DNA of 64,000 nucleotides from Deltaproteobacteria bacterium (GCA_020848745.1 JADLHM010000141.1:38599-102598); one strand, 5' to 3'; shown: positions 52,313 to 64,000, counted from the first letter of the stretch. The notes: a model not told the origin generated them from the sequence alone. Program-made: numbers and translations.

Positions 52313-53178
52313 TGATACCAGCGCGCGAGCGCGCGCCGGTGCGGCTCGCCGCGGCCCCCGAGGCTGGTGAGCGCCACGCCGACGGCGGCCCGCGCCGCGT
52401 CGGGAAACACGCGGAGCGCGACCGCGAGCGGCGAGCGGTGGGCGTCGAACTTGTAGTGGACGCGGCTTCGGCCGCGCGCTTCGTGGAGCGCGCGGAAGTA
52501 CGCGGGGCCGAGGCGGTCCGGCTCGACGGCGTGGTAGGCGATCGCGTCCGCGACGTAGCCGATGCGCTCTCCGGCGGCGCGGATGCGGAGCGCCAGCTCC
52601 GTGTCCTCCGACGCGCCCGCGGCGCCCGGCCCGAGGCGCTCGTCGAACAGCCCGACGCGCGCGAAGGTCCGGCGCGCGATGAGCATGTTGGCGCCGATCA
52701 GCGACGGCGCCTCGACGGCCGTCGGCCCGTAGTCGCAGCGCGGAATGGTGTGCCAGCGCTCGATCGCGGCGACCACGCTCGGCTGCGCCTCGGCCTCGGG
52801 CGCGATCCGGATCGTGCCCTGCGCGGCGGCGAACGCCGGGTGCCGCGCGCCGTACGCTTCGATCGCGACGAGCCACTGGGGATCGAGCGCGACGTCATCG
52901 TCGACGAAGGCATAGCGCTCGGCTGCTGTCCGGCGGATCGCGACGTTGAGCGCCCGGCTCTTGCCGCCGGCCGGCACGGCGAGGTGGCGGACGGTCGGAT
53001 GGGCGGCGGCAGTCGCCCGCGCGAGCGCGGCGGTGCCGTCGGTCGAGCCGTCGTCGACGACGACGACCGCCGGCCGGACGCGGTCGAAGCCGGCGAGCGC
53101 GACGACGCTCGCCAGCAGCCGCCGCAGGTGCGGCTCGCGGTCCCGGGTGGCGACGAGGATGGCGAGACCGGACGCCAT
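52237..53178 (-). CDS. family 2 glycosyltransferase
   Basis: GT-A motifs (VVVVDDGSTDGT…, FVDDDV…); start set at MASGLAILVATRD. Confidence 0.85.
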   Translation of the reverse strand: MASGLAILVATRDREPHLRRLLASVVALAGFDRVRPAVVVVDDGSTDGTAALARATAAAHPTVRHLAVPAGGKSRALNVAIRRTAAERYAFVDDDVALDPQWLVAIEAYGARHPAFAAAQGTIRIAPEAEAQPSVVAAIERWHTIPRCDYGPTAVEAPSLIGANMLIARRTFARVGLFDERLGPGAAGASEDTELALRIRAAGERIGYVADAIAYHAVEPDRLGPAYFRALHEARGRSRVHYKFDAHRSPLAVALRVFPDAARAAVGVALTSLGGRGEPHRRALARWYHYRAMLAAGRGARRSDGVPRLDDDT

Positions 53179-54992
53179 CAGCGGGCGGCCGCGCCACCGT
53201 TCTTCCTCGGGTCGGCGGCGGCGATCAGCGTGCCGTCGCGCGCCACCACGACCTGGACGGCGCCGGCGAACGGGAGGCGCCGCAGCACGTGGCCGCGCGC
53301 CGTCAGGTCGGCGGCCGTCGCCGGGTCGAGCTCGACCTCGCTGATGAGCGAGGGGGGCGCCCACTGCTGGTGGATGCGGGGTGCCGCGATCGCGGCCGCG
53401 GGGTCGAGCCCGAAGTCGAGGATGCCGAGCAACGTCTGCAGGGTCGCCGAGACGATGAGCGGCCCGCCCGAGCCGCCGGCCACGACGCGCGGCCGGCCGT
53501 CGGCGCGCACGATGATCGGCGTCATGGAACTCAGCGGCCGCTTGCCGGCGGCGATGCTGTTGGCCTCGCCGCCGACCAGGCCGAAGCTGTTCGGCACGCC
53601 GGGGGCGAGCGAGAAGTCGTCCATCTCGTTGTTGAGGATGACGCCCGTCGAGCCCGCGACCAGCATGGCCCCGAAGGCGGTGTTGACGGTGCTCGTGCAG
53701 GCCACCGCCATGCCCTCGGCGTCGACGACCGAGACGTGGGTCGTGCCGGCGTCGGGCGCCGTGCCGTAGCGGTCCTGCGGCAGCGTCTTGTCCGGCGTGA
53801 TGCGGGCGCGCAGCATCGCGCCGTACGCGGGCGAGGTGAGCCGCTCGATCGGGACCGGGGTGAACTCGGGGTCGCCGTACCAGCGCGCGCGGTCGGCGAA
53901 GCCGTTTCCCATCGCCTCGGCGAGCAGGTGGTAGTAGGCGGGGCTCGTCGCGCCGAGCGCCGCGAGGTCGTCGCCGGCGAGGATGTTCAGGATCTCGATG
54001 ATGACGCCGCCCGAGCTCGGCGGCGGCATGGTGAAGACCTCGAAGCCGCGGTACGTGCCGCGCAGCGGATGGCGCCAGTGCGGGTGGTAGCTCGCGAGGT
54101 CCTGGGTCGAGAGCATGCCCCCGGCGTCGCGGACCGCGCGCGCGATCTCCTGTGCGACCGGGCCGCGGTAGAAGCCGTCCGCGCCTTCACGCGCGACGCG
54201 CTCGAGCGTCGCGGCCAGATCCGGCAGCCGGACGAGGTCGCCCTGCGGTCGAGGATTGCCGGCGGCGTCGAGGAAGAGGAGGGCGAGGGCCGGCGTGGCG
54301 CGGAGAGCGGTCAGGTTCTGCGCGATCTCCTTCGCGAGGTGGGGGCCGAGGGGGAAGCCGTCGCGCGCGAGCGCGATCGCGGGCGCCATGAGCACGTCGC
54401 GCGGAAGCCGCGCGAAGCGCTCACGCGCCGCTTCGAGGCCGGCGACCTCGCCGGGCACGGCGACGGCGAGCCCGCCGCGTCGCGAGAGCTCGGGCAGGAC
54501 CTCGTCGCCGCGGCGATAGAGGTCGCGGTGGGCGAGGGCGGGCGCGGTTTCGCGGTAGTCGAGCGCGCTCACGGTCCCGTCGGGGCGGTTCACCAGCATG
54601 AAGCCGCCGCCGCCGACGCCGCACGACGACGCGTTCAGCACGCACACGGCCCAGGTGGTGGCGATCGCGGCATCGGCCGCGTTGCCGCCGCGCTCCATCA
54701 CGGCGAGCCCGATCTCGGCGGCACGCGGGTGCTCCGCCGCGATGGCGCCCAAACGGCCTTCGGCGCGCGTGGCCTCCGGCGTCGGCGAGGCGGACGGCTT
54801 CGCCGCGAGCGCCATCGAGAGGCCGCGGCGTTGCGTGCGTCCGCCACCGTCGGGCGCGACGCAGGCGCTCGTCACGAGCAACGCGGCGACGACGAGCGCG
54901 CGCCAGAACCCCGAGCCGATCACGCGGGCTCTCCTACGAGGCACGTGGGGCAAAAGCAACTTCGCGCCCGCACTTTCGCCCTGCTCGCGCAT
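53178..54992 (-). CDS. ggt: gamma-glutamyltransferase
   Basis: Ntn-hydrolase GGT (…TTHVSVVDAEGMAVACTSTVN… catalytic Thr region, GG oxyanion); lipoprotein-like N-terminus. Confidence 0.9.
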   Translation of the reverse strand: MREQGESAGAKLLLPHVPRRRARVIGSGFWRALVVAALLVTSACVAPDGGGRTQRRGLSMALAAKPSASPTPEATRAEGRLGAIAAEHPRAAEIGLAVMERGGNAADAAIATTWAVCVLNASSCGVGGGGFMLVNRPDGTVSALDYRETAPALAHRDLYRRGDEVLPELSRRGGLAVAVPGEVAGLEAARERFARLPRDVLMAPAIALARDGFPLGPHLAKEIAQNLTALRATPALALLFLDAAGNPRPQGDLVRLPDLAATLERVAREGADGFYRGPVAQEIARAVRDAGGMLSTQDLASYHPHWRHPLRGTYRGFEVFTMPPPSSGGVIIEILNILAGDDLAALGATSPAYYHLLAEAMGNGFADRARWYGDPEFTPVPIERLTSPAYGAMLRARITPDKTLPQDRYGTAPDAGTTHVSVVDAEGMAVACTSTVNTAFGAMLVAGSTGVILNNEMDDFSLAPGVPNSFGLVGGEANSIAAGKRPLSSMTPIIVRADGRPRVVAGGSGGPLIVSATLQTLLGILDFGLDPAAAIAAPRIHQQWAPPSLISEVELDPATAADLTARGHVLRRLPFAGAVQVVVARDGTLIAAADPRKNGGAAAR

Positions 54993-55009
54993 TCGTGGTA
55001 ACGACGCGC

Positions 55010-56227
55010 ATGGCGCCGAGACGCCCCGCGGTCGTCTTCACCGAGAAGGAGTTCTACCTCGACGAGTTCCGCGGGCGGACGCTGCTCTTCGTCGTCCATC
55101 ACGACGGTCCCGCCGATCGGTTGCGCGCGCTCGGCGAGCTGACGCGCGACCTCCTCGTGAACGACACGCGGGTGCTGATTCTGCTCGGCGGCGCGGCGGC
55201 CCGCGAGCGGAGCGCGCTCCGCGCCCTCGAGCGTCCGCTCGCCGGCGTGCCTTCGGCGGCCCAGGTGCCGCTGCCGCTGCCGCAGCTGCGCCTCGTGCCG
55301 AACGGAGGCGGCGGGCCGGTCCTGCAGCTGTCGGCCGAAGATCTCGCCGCGCCGGCGATCGCCGACGCGCTGCTGGTCCGGTTCTGGGACGTCGTGCGCG
55401 GTACGCCCTTCGTCCTCGGGCTCTGTGACGACGACACGCCCGAGCGCCTCGCCGCCTTCGCGGCGCGCCTCGGCGCGCGCCTCCGGGTCCACAAGCTCGT
55501 CGTCGCCGACCCGGAGGGCGGCATCCAGCCCGCCGGAGTCGAGCGCGCGCTCTCGTTCATGGACGAGGGCATGGCGGCCCAGCTCCTGGCGGCGGGCGAG
55601 GCGGAGTCGAGCGGGCTCGGCGGGCGGCGCGCGCTCCTCCAGGCGGTGCGGACGGGCCTCGTCGACGGGATCAGCTCGATCAACGTCTGCACGCTCGACG
55701 GCATCGCGCGCGAGCTGTTCACCTACGAGGGCTCGGGGACGCTCTTCACCCGCGAGGACTACTGCAAGGTCGAGCGCCTGTCCCTCGACGACTTCCACGA
55801 GGTCGAGAAGGTCCTCGAGCGCGGGCAGCGCGAGGGCTATCTCAAGGTCCGGACACCGGCCGAGATCGCGCCCATCCTCTTCGCGGGGTACGGCGCGACC
55901 ATCGGACAGCACCATCTGGCCGGCGTGTGCTCTCTCCAGACCGAGCGGTACGAGGCGGAACGCGCCGGGGAGATCGTCGGGCTCTACACGATCACGCGGT
56001 TCAAGGGCGAGGGCGTGGGCGTGAAGCTCGTCGACTGCATGAAGGCGGTCGGTCGCGAGCGCGGGCTCGCCTATCTCTTCGCGTGCACGACGCAGGAGCG
56101 GGTCGGTCAGTTCTTCGAGCGCCAGGGCTTCCATGCCATCGAGCAGGGCGAGGCGCCGCCCGCGAAGTGGGCCGGGTACGACGCCGAGCGGCGCCGGGGC
56201 CTGCGCTGCTTCAAGCTCGAGTTGTGA
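55010..56227 (+). CDS. amino-acid N-acetyltransferase-like protein (ArgA-type AAK + GNAT architecture)
   Basis: N-terminal carbamate/amino-acid kinase-like fold and C-terminal GNAT (…GLYTITRFKGEGVGVKLV…). Confidence 0.7.
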   Translation: MAPRRPAVVFTEKEFYLDEFRGRTLLFVVHHDGPADRLRALGELTRDLLVNDTRVLILLGGAAARERSALRALERPLAGVPSAAQVPLPLPQLRLVPNGGGGPVLQLSAEDLAAPAIADALLVRFWDVVRGTPFVLGLCDDDTPERLAAFAARLGARLRVHKLVVADPEGGIQPAGVERALSFMDEGMAAQLLAAGEAESSGLGGRRALLQAVRTGLVDGISSINVCTLDGIARELFTYEGSGTLFTREDYCKVERLSLDDFHEVEKVLERGQREGYLKVRTPAEIAPILFAGYGATIGQHHLAGVCSLQTERYEAERAGEIVGLYTITRFKGEGVGVKLVDCMKAVGRERGLAYLFACTTQERVGQFFERQGFHAIEQGEAPPAKWAGYDAERRRGLRCFKLEL

Positions 56228-56377
56228 CCACCCCGTTGTCGCGCGTGGCGCGTCCGGCGTATGGTTGCGACGTGCGGACACGTCGCATCGTCGGAATGAC
56301 CGTGGTTCTCGGGTTCGCCGCGCTCGTGGTGCGCGCCTGGGCCGCCAACCAGTGTCCGGCGAGCGGGCGGAGCTGAC

Positions 56378-56695
56378 GTGCGGGCCGCTCTGCGCGTACT
56401 CGGCCTGCTGTTGTTGATCGGCGGCCTCGCGACGTGCGCGGTCGCGGCGACGCTCGCGATCGGCGACGAGGCGTTCTTCAGGGCCGGGGAAGCCCTCGAA
56501 CGGCACCCCGACCACGTGCTCTTCCAGGGCGAGTACTACGCGGCGCTCCTGCGCCACATCGCGTACATCCTGACGGCGATCGTCGGCGGGCTGCTCGGGA
56601 TCGTCGGCAGCGCCGTGCTCTTCGGCATCCACGCGATCCTCGTGCGGCTCGACCGCCTCGAAGCCTCGGGCGCGGCCGTGCCGCGCGCTTCTTGA
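56378..56695 (+). CDS. small hypothetical membrane protein
   Basis: 105 aa, two hydrophobic helices; GTG start. Confidence 0.3.
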   Translation: MRAALRVLGLLLLIGGLATCAVAATLAIGDEAFFRAGEALERHPDHVLFQGEYYAALLRHIAYILTAIVGGLLGIVGSAVLFGIHAILVRLDRLEASGAAVPRAS

Positions 56696-56699
56696 AGGC

Positions 56700-57437
56700 G
56701 TGCTCGCCGCGCTCGGGCATGCGCTCGCGCCGTTCGGCCTGAACCTGATCGGCGTCACGACGCCCGCCGCCTACGACGCGCTCGCGCCCGCCACGCACCG
56801 GCTGGGCGCGGTCGATGCCGGGGCGATCGTGGTGATCGGGAACGGCGGGGCGGCGTTCTGGCGGGCCCATCGCGCGCGCCTCGCGCGCCGTCCGGAGGCG
56901 GCGGCGCCGCACCCGCTCGACGCGTTCACGACCGAGGTGCTGCGGCGACATGCCCTGCCGGTCGCGGCCCGCGCCGGCGGACGAGCGGCACTGCGCCTGC
57001 CCTTCGAGGACACGGAGCGGCCGCTGTCGTTCGTGCATCTCGCGGAGGCGGCGGGGCTCGGCCGCCGGAGCCTCCTCGGCGTGCTCGTGCATCCCGAGTT
57101 CGGGCCGTGGATGGCGCTCCGCGGCGCCCTTCTCGTCGCCGCCGCGCCGCCCGCGCCGCGGCCGGCGGAGGGATTCGATCCCTGTCCGTCGTGCCGGGAC
57201 CGTCCGTGCGTCGGCGCCTGCCCGGCCGCGGCCGTCTCGTTCCCCGCCGGTTGGGATGTGCCGGCGTGCGTCGGCCATCGCGTCGAACGCGAGGACGCCG
57301 GCGCGAATCCGTGTCCCGATCGCTGTCATGCCCGCGTGGCCTGCATCTACGGCCGCGCCCACCGCTATCCGGACGACGCTCTCGGGTACCACCACCGGCG
57401 CGCCTTCGCGGCCGTTCGCGCTAGATCGGCAGGGTGA
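56700..57437 (+). CDS. hypothetical Cys-rich protein with ferredoxin-like CxxCx4Cx3CP motif
   Basis: CPSCRDRPCVGACP cluster near the C-terminus; GTG start. Confidence 0.35.
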   Translation: MLAALGHALAPFGLNLIGVTTPAAYDALAPATHRLGAVDAGAIVVIGNGGAAFWRAHRARLARRPEAAAPHPLDAFTTEVLRRHALPVAARAGGRAALRLPFEDTERPLSFVHLAEAAGLGRRSLLGVLVHPEFGPWMALRGALLVAAAPPAPRPAEGFDPCPSCRDRPCVGACPAAAVSFPAGWDVPACVGHRVEREDAGANPCPDRCHARVACIYGRAHRYPDDALGYHHRRAFAAVRARSAG

Positions 57438-58467
57438 CGTGGATGGCGGTGCCGCGGCGCACCCCCGTCCGGATGCGGAGCTCGCCACCCATCATCTCGA
57501 CGCGCTCGCGCATCGTCGTGAGGCCGAGCCCGGCGAGGCGAGGCTCGGCGGCGTCGAAGCCGACGCCGTCGTCGACGATCGTGAGCACGATACGGTGGCG
57601 CCGGCGCGCCAGGTTCACGCCCACCTGCGAGGCGCGCGCGTGGCGCGCGACGTTGGTCAGCGCCTCCTGGACGATCCGATAGAGGTGCAGCTCGTACTCG
57701 GTCGTGAGCGCGTCGCCGACCGGAACCGTCGTGAGCCGGAGCGCGAGTCCGTGGCGGAGCGCGAAGGCCTCGGCGTGCCGGCGGATCGTCGACTCGAGCC
57801 CCTCCGCGAGGAGCTCCGCCGGATGCGTGTGGTCGACCAGGCGGGCGACCGACTCGGTGATCTGCCGCACCGTGGCGTGCGTCGCCGCGAGGGTCGGTCG
57901 GACGTCGTCCTCGACCGCGCCGGGGGTGCGCTCGAGCGTCTCGAGCAGCGCGTCGATCGTGCCGACGGCGCGGCCGATGTCCTCGTGCAGCTCGCGCGCG
58001 AGGCGCCGGCGCTCGGCGTCCAGCAGCTCGAGCATGCGCTGTCCGAATTGCCGCTGCGCGGCCTCCATGTGCGTGCGCTCGGTGACGTCGCGGGCGACGC
58101 CGAACACGTACGACTCGCCGCCGATCTCGAGCCGCGCGAAGCTCACCTCGCTCGGGAAGAGGGAGCCGTCCTTGCGCCGCGCGCGCACCGACAGCACCAT
58201 CCCCGGTCCGAGCGGCATCGTGGCGATCGCCTGGCGATAGAGGGCGAGCGGGACGTCGGGATTGACGTCGGCGATCGTCATCCCCTGTAGCTCCTCCCAG
58301 CTCCACCCGCCGAGCTCGAAGCCGCGTTGATTGACGTAGCGGAAACGGCCGGCCTGATCGGTGAGGAAGAAGGCTTCGCTCGACATGTCGGCCATCTGGC
58401 GGAAGACGGCGAGATCGAGCGCGGGAGGAATCGCCTGAGCGACCGGCGGGTCGTGGGAGGCGGGCAC
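57421..58467 (-). CDS. cytoplasmic PAS-sensor histidine kinase (HisKA_3/HATPase_c), paralog 1
   Basis: PAS domain; H-box LARELHEDIGRAV; G-box DDGVGF…GLGLTTMRERVE. Confidence 0.85.
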   Translation of the reverse strand: MPASHDPPVAQAIPPALDLAVFRQMADMSSEAFFLTDQAGRFRYVNQRGFELGGWSWEELQGMTIADVNPDVPLALYRQAIATMPLGPGMVLSVRARRKDGSLFPSEVSFARLEIGGESYVFGVARDVTERTHMEAAQRQFGQRMLELLDAERRRLARELHEDIGRAVGTIDALLETLERTPGAVEDDVRPTLAATHATVRQITESVARLVDHTHPAELLAEGLESTIRRHAEAFALRHGLALRLTTVPVGDALTTEYELHLYRIVQEALTNVARHARASQVGVNLARRRHRIVLTIVDDGVGFDAAEPRLAGLGLTTMRERVEMMGGELRIRTGVRRGTAIHVTLPI

Positions 58468-58499
58468 GGCGGTCGCTTAACGTCGGCGCCGCGCCAGCG

Positions 58500-59591
58500 T
58501 CAAGTCGCGGCCGCGCGCGCGTCCGCGCCAGCGCCGCGCGGTGCGCCGATCGGCAGCACGACGCGGACTTCGGTGCCGCCCCGAGGACGGCTCCGGATGG
58601 TGAAGACGGCGCCCATGATCTCGGCTCGCTCGCGCATCGTCGCGAGCCCGAGGCCCCGCGACTCGCTCTCCGCCCCCGCCGGGGAGAAGCCGACTCCGTC
58701 GTCGTGGACGGTGAGAAGCAAGCGCTGGCCGCGGCGCGCGAGCCGGACCACGACCTCGCGCGCCCGCGCGTGGCGCGCGACGTTGGCGAGCGCCTCCTGC
58801 GCGATGCGATAGAGGTGGAGCTCGTGCTCGTCGTCGAGCGGCTCGGCGAGCGGCGGCGTCGAGATGCGGGAAGCGAGGCCGTGGCGGCGCGCGAACTCGC
58901 GTACGTACGCCCGCAGGCCGTCCTCGAGGCCGAGCCCGAGCAGCTCGGCGGGGTGGTACTCGCGGCAGAGCCGGGCCACCGACTCGGTCATGCCGCCGAT
59001 GGTCGTGAGCGTCGTCGAGAGCGCCGGGCGCATCGCCTCCGCAACGGCGCCGGGCGTCTGGGCGAGGGCGTGGAGGAGCACGCCGACGGTCGCCACCGCC
59101 TGACCGACGTCGTCGTGCAGCTCGCGGGCCACGCGCTGGCGCTCGGCCTCGAGGTTCTCCAGCATCCGCCGCGCGAAGCTCCGTTGCTCCGCCTCGGCCT
59201 GCTTCCGCTCGCTGACGTCGCGGACGACGCCGAAGAGGTAGGCGGCGCCGCCGAAGTCGATCCGCGCCAGGCTCACGTCGGTCGGGACGTAGACGCCGTC
59301 GCGCCGGAGCGTGCGCGCCTCGAACGGCGGGATCGGGCCCCGCACCGCGGCTTCCAGCATGTCGAACAAGCGGACCCGCGGAAACTCGGGCTCGAGGTCG
59401 AAGAGGGTCATGCCGAGGAGCTGTTCGCGCGCATAACCGGTCAACGTGAGCGCGCGCTCGTTCACGTAGCGCAGGTGGGCGGCGGCGTCGGTGAGGAAGA
59501 ACGCCTCGTTCGACATGTCGGCCATGCGACGGAAGACCTCGAGATCGAGCGGCGCGGAGAGGCCCGAGAGCGGGGCGGCCGGTCGGCTCAT
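58500..59591 (-). CDS. cytoplasmic PAS-sensor histidine kinase, paralog 2
   Basis: Same architecture ([15 protein letters not shown]…, HDDGVGFS…[12 protein letters not shown]); ATG at 59591 overlaps the stop of paralog 3. Confidence 0.85.
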   Translation of the reverse strand: MSRPAAPLSGLSAPLDLEVFRRMADMSNEAFFLTDAAAHLRYVNERALTLTGYAREQLLGMTLFDLEPEFPRVRLFDMLEAAVRGPIPPFEARTLRRDGVYVPTDVSLARIDFGGAAYLFGVVRDVSERKQAEAEQRSFARRMLENLEAERQRVARELHDDVGQAVATVGVLLHALAQTPGAVAEAMRPALSTTLTTIGGMTESVARLCREYHPAELLGLGLEDGLRAYVREFARRHGLASRISTPPLAEPLDDEHELHLYRIAQEALANVARHARAREVVVRLARRGQRLLLTVHDDGVGFSPAGAESESRGLGLATMRERAEIMGAVFTIRSRPRGGTEVRVVLPIGAPRGAGADARAAAT

Positions 59592-60745
59592 CGGCTCCGG
59601 GCCTTGGCGGCGCGCGGGACGCGGCGTGGGCTGCGCGCCGGCGTCGGCGCCGCCGTCGACGGCGCGCGTGCGGCGAGCGGCAGCGGGCGGGTGGCGTCGA
59701 CCCGCAGCTCGACGCGGACCTCGGTCCCCCGGCGCGCTGCGGACCGGACGGCGAGCGTCGCGTGCATCAGCTCGGCGCGCTCGCGCATCGTGACGAGACC
59801 GAGCCCCGCACCGGCCGCCGCGTCGGCCGAGAACCCGACGCCGTCGTCGCGGATCGAAAGGACGAGCTGCCCGAGTCGCGTACGGAGACGCACGATCACC
59901 CGACGCGCGCGCGCGTGGCGGGCGACGTTGAGGAGCGCCTCCTGCGCGATGCGATAGAGGTGCAGCTCCCGCTCGTGGTCGAGGAGGCCGGTGGTCGACG
60001 TCGTCGCGAGCTCGAGCGCGAGCCGGTGGCGTTGGGTGAACTGTACGACGTGCGAGCGCAGCGTGCCCTCGAAGCCGACCTCGAGCAGCTCCGAGGGATG
60101 ATAGTCGCGCACCATCCGCGCCACCGACTCGGTGATCTGCCGGATGCTCGCGTGCGTCTCGGCGAGCGCCGGACGGACGACGGGGGCGATCGAGTCCGGC
60201 GTCTGTTCGAGCGCGTGCAGCAGTACGCCGACCGTCGCGATCGCCTGGCCGACGTCGTCGTGCAGCTCGCGCGCGACCCGCTGGCGCTCGGCTTCGAGCG
60301 TCCGCAGCATGCGCTGCGTGAAGGTCTTGCGTGTCGCCTCGAGCTGTTTCCGCTGACTGATGTCCTGCACGACGCCGAACATGAAGCTCGCCCCGTCGAT
60401 CTCGAGGCGCGCGACGCTGACCTCGACCGGCACGATCGTGCCGTCCTTGTGGCGGCTGATCGTCTCGAACGGCGGGACGGGACCGTGACGGAGGTTCCGC
60501 ACGAGCGCCGCGAGCCGGTCGGGCGGAAAGTCCGGGTTGACGTCGGAGATCGTGAGGCCGAGGAGCTCCTCGCGGGTGTAGCCGCTCCACCCCGAGCTGC
60601 GATCGTTCACGTAGAGGAAGCGGCCGCGCGCGTCGCAGAGGTAGAACCCTTCGTTCGACATGTCCGCCATCTGGCGGAACACGGCGAGATCGAGGGCCGG
60701 GTTCGGGGTCGGCTCGGGAAGCGGACGAAGGAGGCGCGTCGCCAC
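59588..60745 (-). CDS. cytoplasmic PAS-sensor histidine kinase, paralog 3
   Basis: Same architecture ([15 protein letters not shown]…, RDDGVGFS…[12 protein letters not shown]) with an Ala/Pro/Arg-rich C-terminal tail. Confidence 0.85.
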   Translation of the reverse strand: MATRLLRPLPEPTPNPALDLAVFRQMADMSNEGFYLCDARGRFLYVNDRSSGWSGYTREELLGLTISDVNPDFPPDRLAALVRNLRHGPVPPFETISRHKDGTIVPVEVSVARLEIDGASFMFGVVQDISQRKQLEATRKTFTQRMLRTLEAERQRVARELHDDVGQAIATVGVLLHALEQTPDSIAPVVRPALAETHASIRQITESVARMVRDYHPSELLEVGFEGTLRSHVVQFTQRHRLALELATTSTTGLLDHERELHLYRIAQEALLNVARHARARRVIVRLRTRLGQLVLSIRDDGVGFSADAAAGAGLGLVTMRERAELMHATLAVRSAARRGTEVRVELRVDATRPLPLAARAPSTAAPTPARSPRRVPRAAKARSR

Positions 60746-60820
60746 GAGCGGACGCTACTGCCGTCCGTTTCCGAGGGTCAAGGCGGGCCGGACGGAGCCC
60801 GGACGGCGCGTCGGCGCTGG

Positions 60821-61048
60821 CTATTTCTCGAGCACGATCACCCAGCGTGCCGCCCCGGCCTCCTCGGAGACGACGTGGTGGCCCTCCGCTTCCGCGGCGC
60901 GCGGTAGGTCCCGGGCGCCGCGCGGGTCGTCGAGGACGAGCTCGAGCAGGTCTCCGGGCGCCAGGTCGGCGAGGACCACCTTCGTCTTCGCCCACGAGAG
61001 CGGGCAGGGAACTCCGCTCAGATCGAGTCGACGCGGCACCGTCATCAC
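60821..61048 (-). CDS. tusA: TusA/SirA family sulfurtransferase
   Basis: 75 aa with CPxP motif ([10 protein letters not shown]). Confidence 0.8.
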   Translation of the reverse strand: MMTVPRRLDLSGVPCPLSWAKTKVVLADLAPGDLLELVLDDPRGARDLPRAAEAEGHHVVSEEAGAARWVIVLEK

Positions 61049-61149
61049 GATTCTTCCCTAGCAAAGTCGAGAGGATGCCGCGACCGCACGGCTTGCCGCG
61101 GCGGCCCCGCGCGCTTGACAGGTCAGCGGTCGGCCGGGATAACCCGTCG

Positions 61150-63015
<1,866 letters not shown>

Positions 63016-63093
63016 TCCGCGTCCCGCCCCGCACCGAGCGCGATGCGCCGAGGGGCCGCTGCCCCGCGGGCATGCGGAGCTCGCCTCGTCGCT

Positions 63094-63156
63094 CGGTCGG
63101 GAATCCCCAGCGCCTCAAACCCGCCGCAGCCTCTCCGACTTGCGCACGACGCGAGC
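63094..63156 (+). repeat. REP/MITE-like repeat unit, copy A
   Basis: ggtcgggaatccccagcgcctcaaacccgccgcagcctctccgacttgcgcacgacgcgagc; ~85% identical to the reverse complement of 63300-63365. Confidence 0.6.
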
Positions 63157-63275
63157 CGTGCTCGCTCCTCACCGACTCCCCACGCCCGCGGAACGAGGCT
63201 CGCTGCGCATCGCGCTTCGGCATGGCGCTGGACGCACGAGGGCAGATCCGGCGTGCGACGCGGACCGCGTTGGGG

Positions 63276-63391
63276 CGGGTCGGGGATCGCTTCGGGGAGC
63301 GCCAGCTCGCGTGTGCGCAAGTCGGAGAAGCTGGGTCGGGCTTTAGGCGCTGGGGACCACGTGCCGCGCGACCGTAGAAGCGATCCCCGAC
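63276..63391 (-). repeat. REP/MITE-like repeat unit, copy B, bracketed by 17-bp perfect inverted repeats
   Basis: Inverted repeats gggtcggggatcgcttc (63276-92) and gaagcgatccccgaccc (63375-91); the internal segment 63300-63365 is the reverse complement of copy A. Confidence 0.55.
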
Positions 63392-63456
63392 CCGGCCCAT
63401 GGCAGCGGCGGTTGCTTCGCCGAATCGGCACCTACGTGCACGTTGCGTGACCGTCG

Positions 63457-64000
63457 CTACCCGACCGCGCGCTCGAGCGCGGCGCGCAGGTGGCGCTCGA
63501 AGTCGAGGTACGTCATGCCGAGCGCCTGCTTGAAGGCGGCGTCGCTGCCGTCGGCGGTCGCCATGGCTTCGAGGAGGCGGCGGACGTTGTAGGCGCCCTT
63601 GTGATCGAGGAGGTACTTCGCGGCGAAGTACGCCTGCGAGTACGCGAGGCTCGCCTGGTCGCGATCGAAGCGGGTGAAGCCGTTCTCGAGGTCGCCGAGG
63701 GCGAGGAGGTTGCCGTCGGCGACCGCCATCCGGAGCCGGTTGGTGCGGCCCGCGTCGTCGGTCTCCTCGGCCACCTGGGCCAGGCCCTCGTTCAGCCACA
63801 CCGGCGCCTTGCCCTTCGAGAGCGTGACGATCGCGGCATGGGCGTACTCGTGACGGACGGTGCGCGCGAGCCGCTCGTTGCCGCGCGCGAGTCCGCCGAT
63901 CGGCATCTTGATGCGGCCGTCGTAGATGCCGCCGCTCCAGTGCGGCGAGCCGGTGACTTCGCGGAAGGTTTCGTCGGGGTAGAGGACGACCTCGAGGCGT
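63457..64000 (-). CDS. putative zinc metalloprotease (HExxH), 5'-truncated by window edge
   Basis: HEYAHA motif; the reading frame continues upstream to the end of the window without a stop (…SGGIYDGRIKMPIGG…). Confidence 0.45.
   Translation of the reverse strand, partial: RLEVVLYPDETFREVTGSPHWSGGIYDGRIKMPIGGLARGNERLARTVRHEYAHAAIVTLSKGKAPVWLNEGLAQVAEETDDAGRTNRLRMAVADGNLLALGDLENGFTRFDRDQASLAYSQAYFAAKYLLDHKGAYNVRRLLEAMATADGSDAAFKQALGMTYLDFERHLRAALERAVG

Noticed and set aside
63043-63450. Several 60-135-aa ORFs in the typA-downstream intergenic region.
   Set aside because: They coincide with the inverted REP/MITE-like repeats and have no protein-like conservation. They are interpreted as non-coding.

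Overview
This 64-kb window is a ~70% GC chromosomal segment, probably from a Gram-negative bacterium (lolA, tolC, an O-antigen ligase, ggt and dksA are present); Deltaproteobacteria/Myxococcota-like or similar, which I cannot determine from sequence alone. Most of it is conserved housekeeping: glpK, rpmE, a translationally coupled prfA-prmC-murA-hisD operon, hisB-(membrane protein)-hisH-hisA-hisF, trxB, moaC, an rRNA methyltransferase, plsC, radC, ssb, RNase J, ftsK, lolA, yajQ, a thymidylate cluster (tandem dCMP deaminase-dut-thyA-folA-dNMP kinase), dksA, glycerate kinase, glpD, nth, folE, tolC, serC-serA-purA, an envelope polysaccharide cluster (SGNH hydrolase, O-antigen ligase, GT2, ggt), three tandem PAS histidine kinases, tusA and typA.

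The stand-out region is a ~9.2-kb accessory insertion between hisD and hisB (9.66-18.89 kb). It carries decayed genes, an orphan MntA nucleotidyltransferase with a HepT remnant, a DUF4143 ATPase, a ParE/RelE-Phd pair, a VapBC pair and a complete diversity-generating retroelement (DGR). The DGR has a secreted DUF1566 target protein whose 3' variable region (VR) differs from the template repeat (TR) only at TR adenines, an Avd-like gene, and a reverse transcriptase carrying the IGNLTSQ motif. A G15 homopolymer sits exactly between a -35-like and a -10-like hexamer upstream of the DGR target gene, which suggests phase-variable expression layered on top of DGR hypervariation.

Other points worth a second look are MITE/REP-like inverted repeats after typA, a candidate attenuator leader before serC, and a tandem deaminase fusion. 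No rRNA, tRNA or CRISPR were recognised. The track contains many long overlapping ORFs that are high-GC antisense or alternative-frame artefacts.
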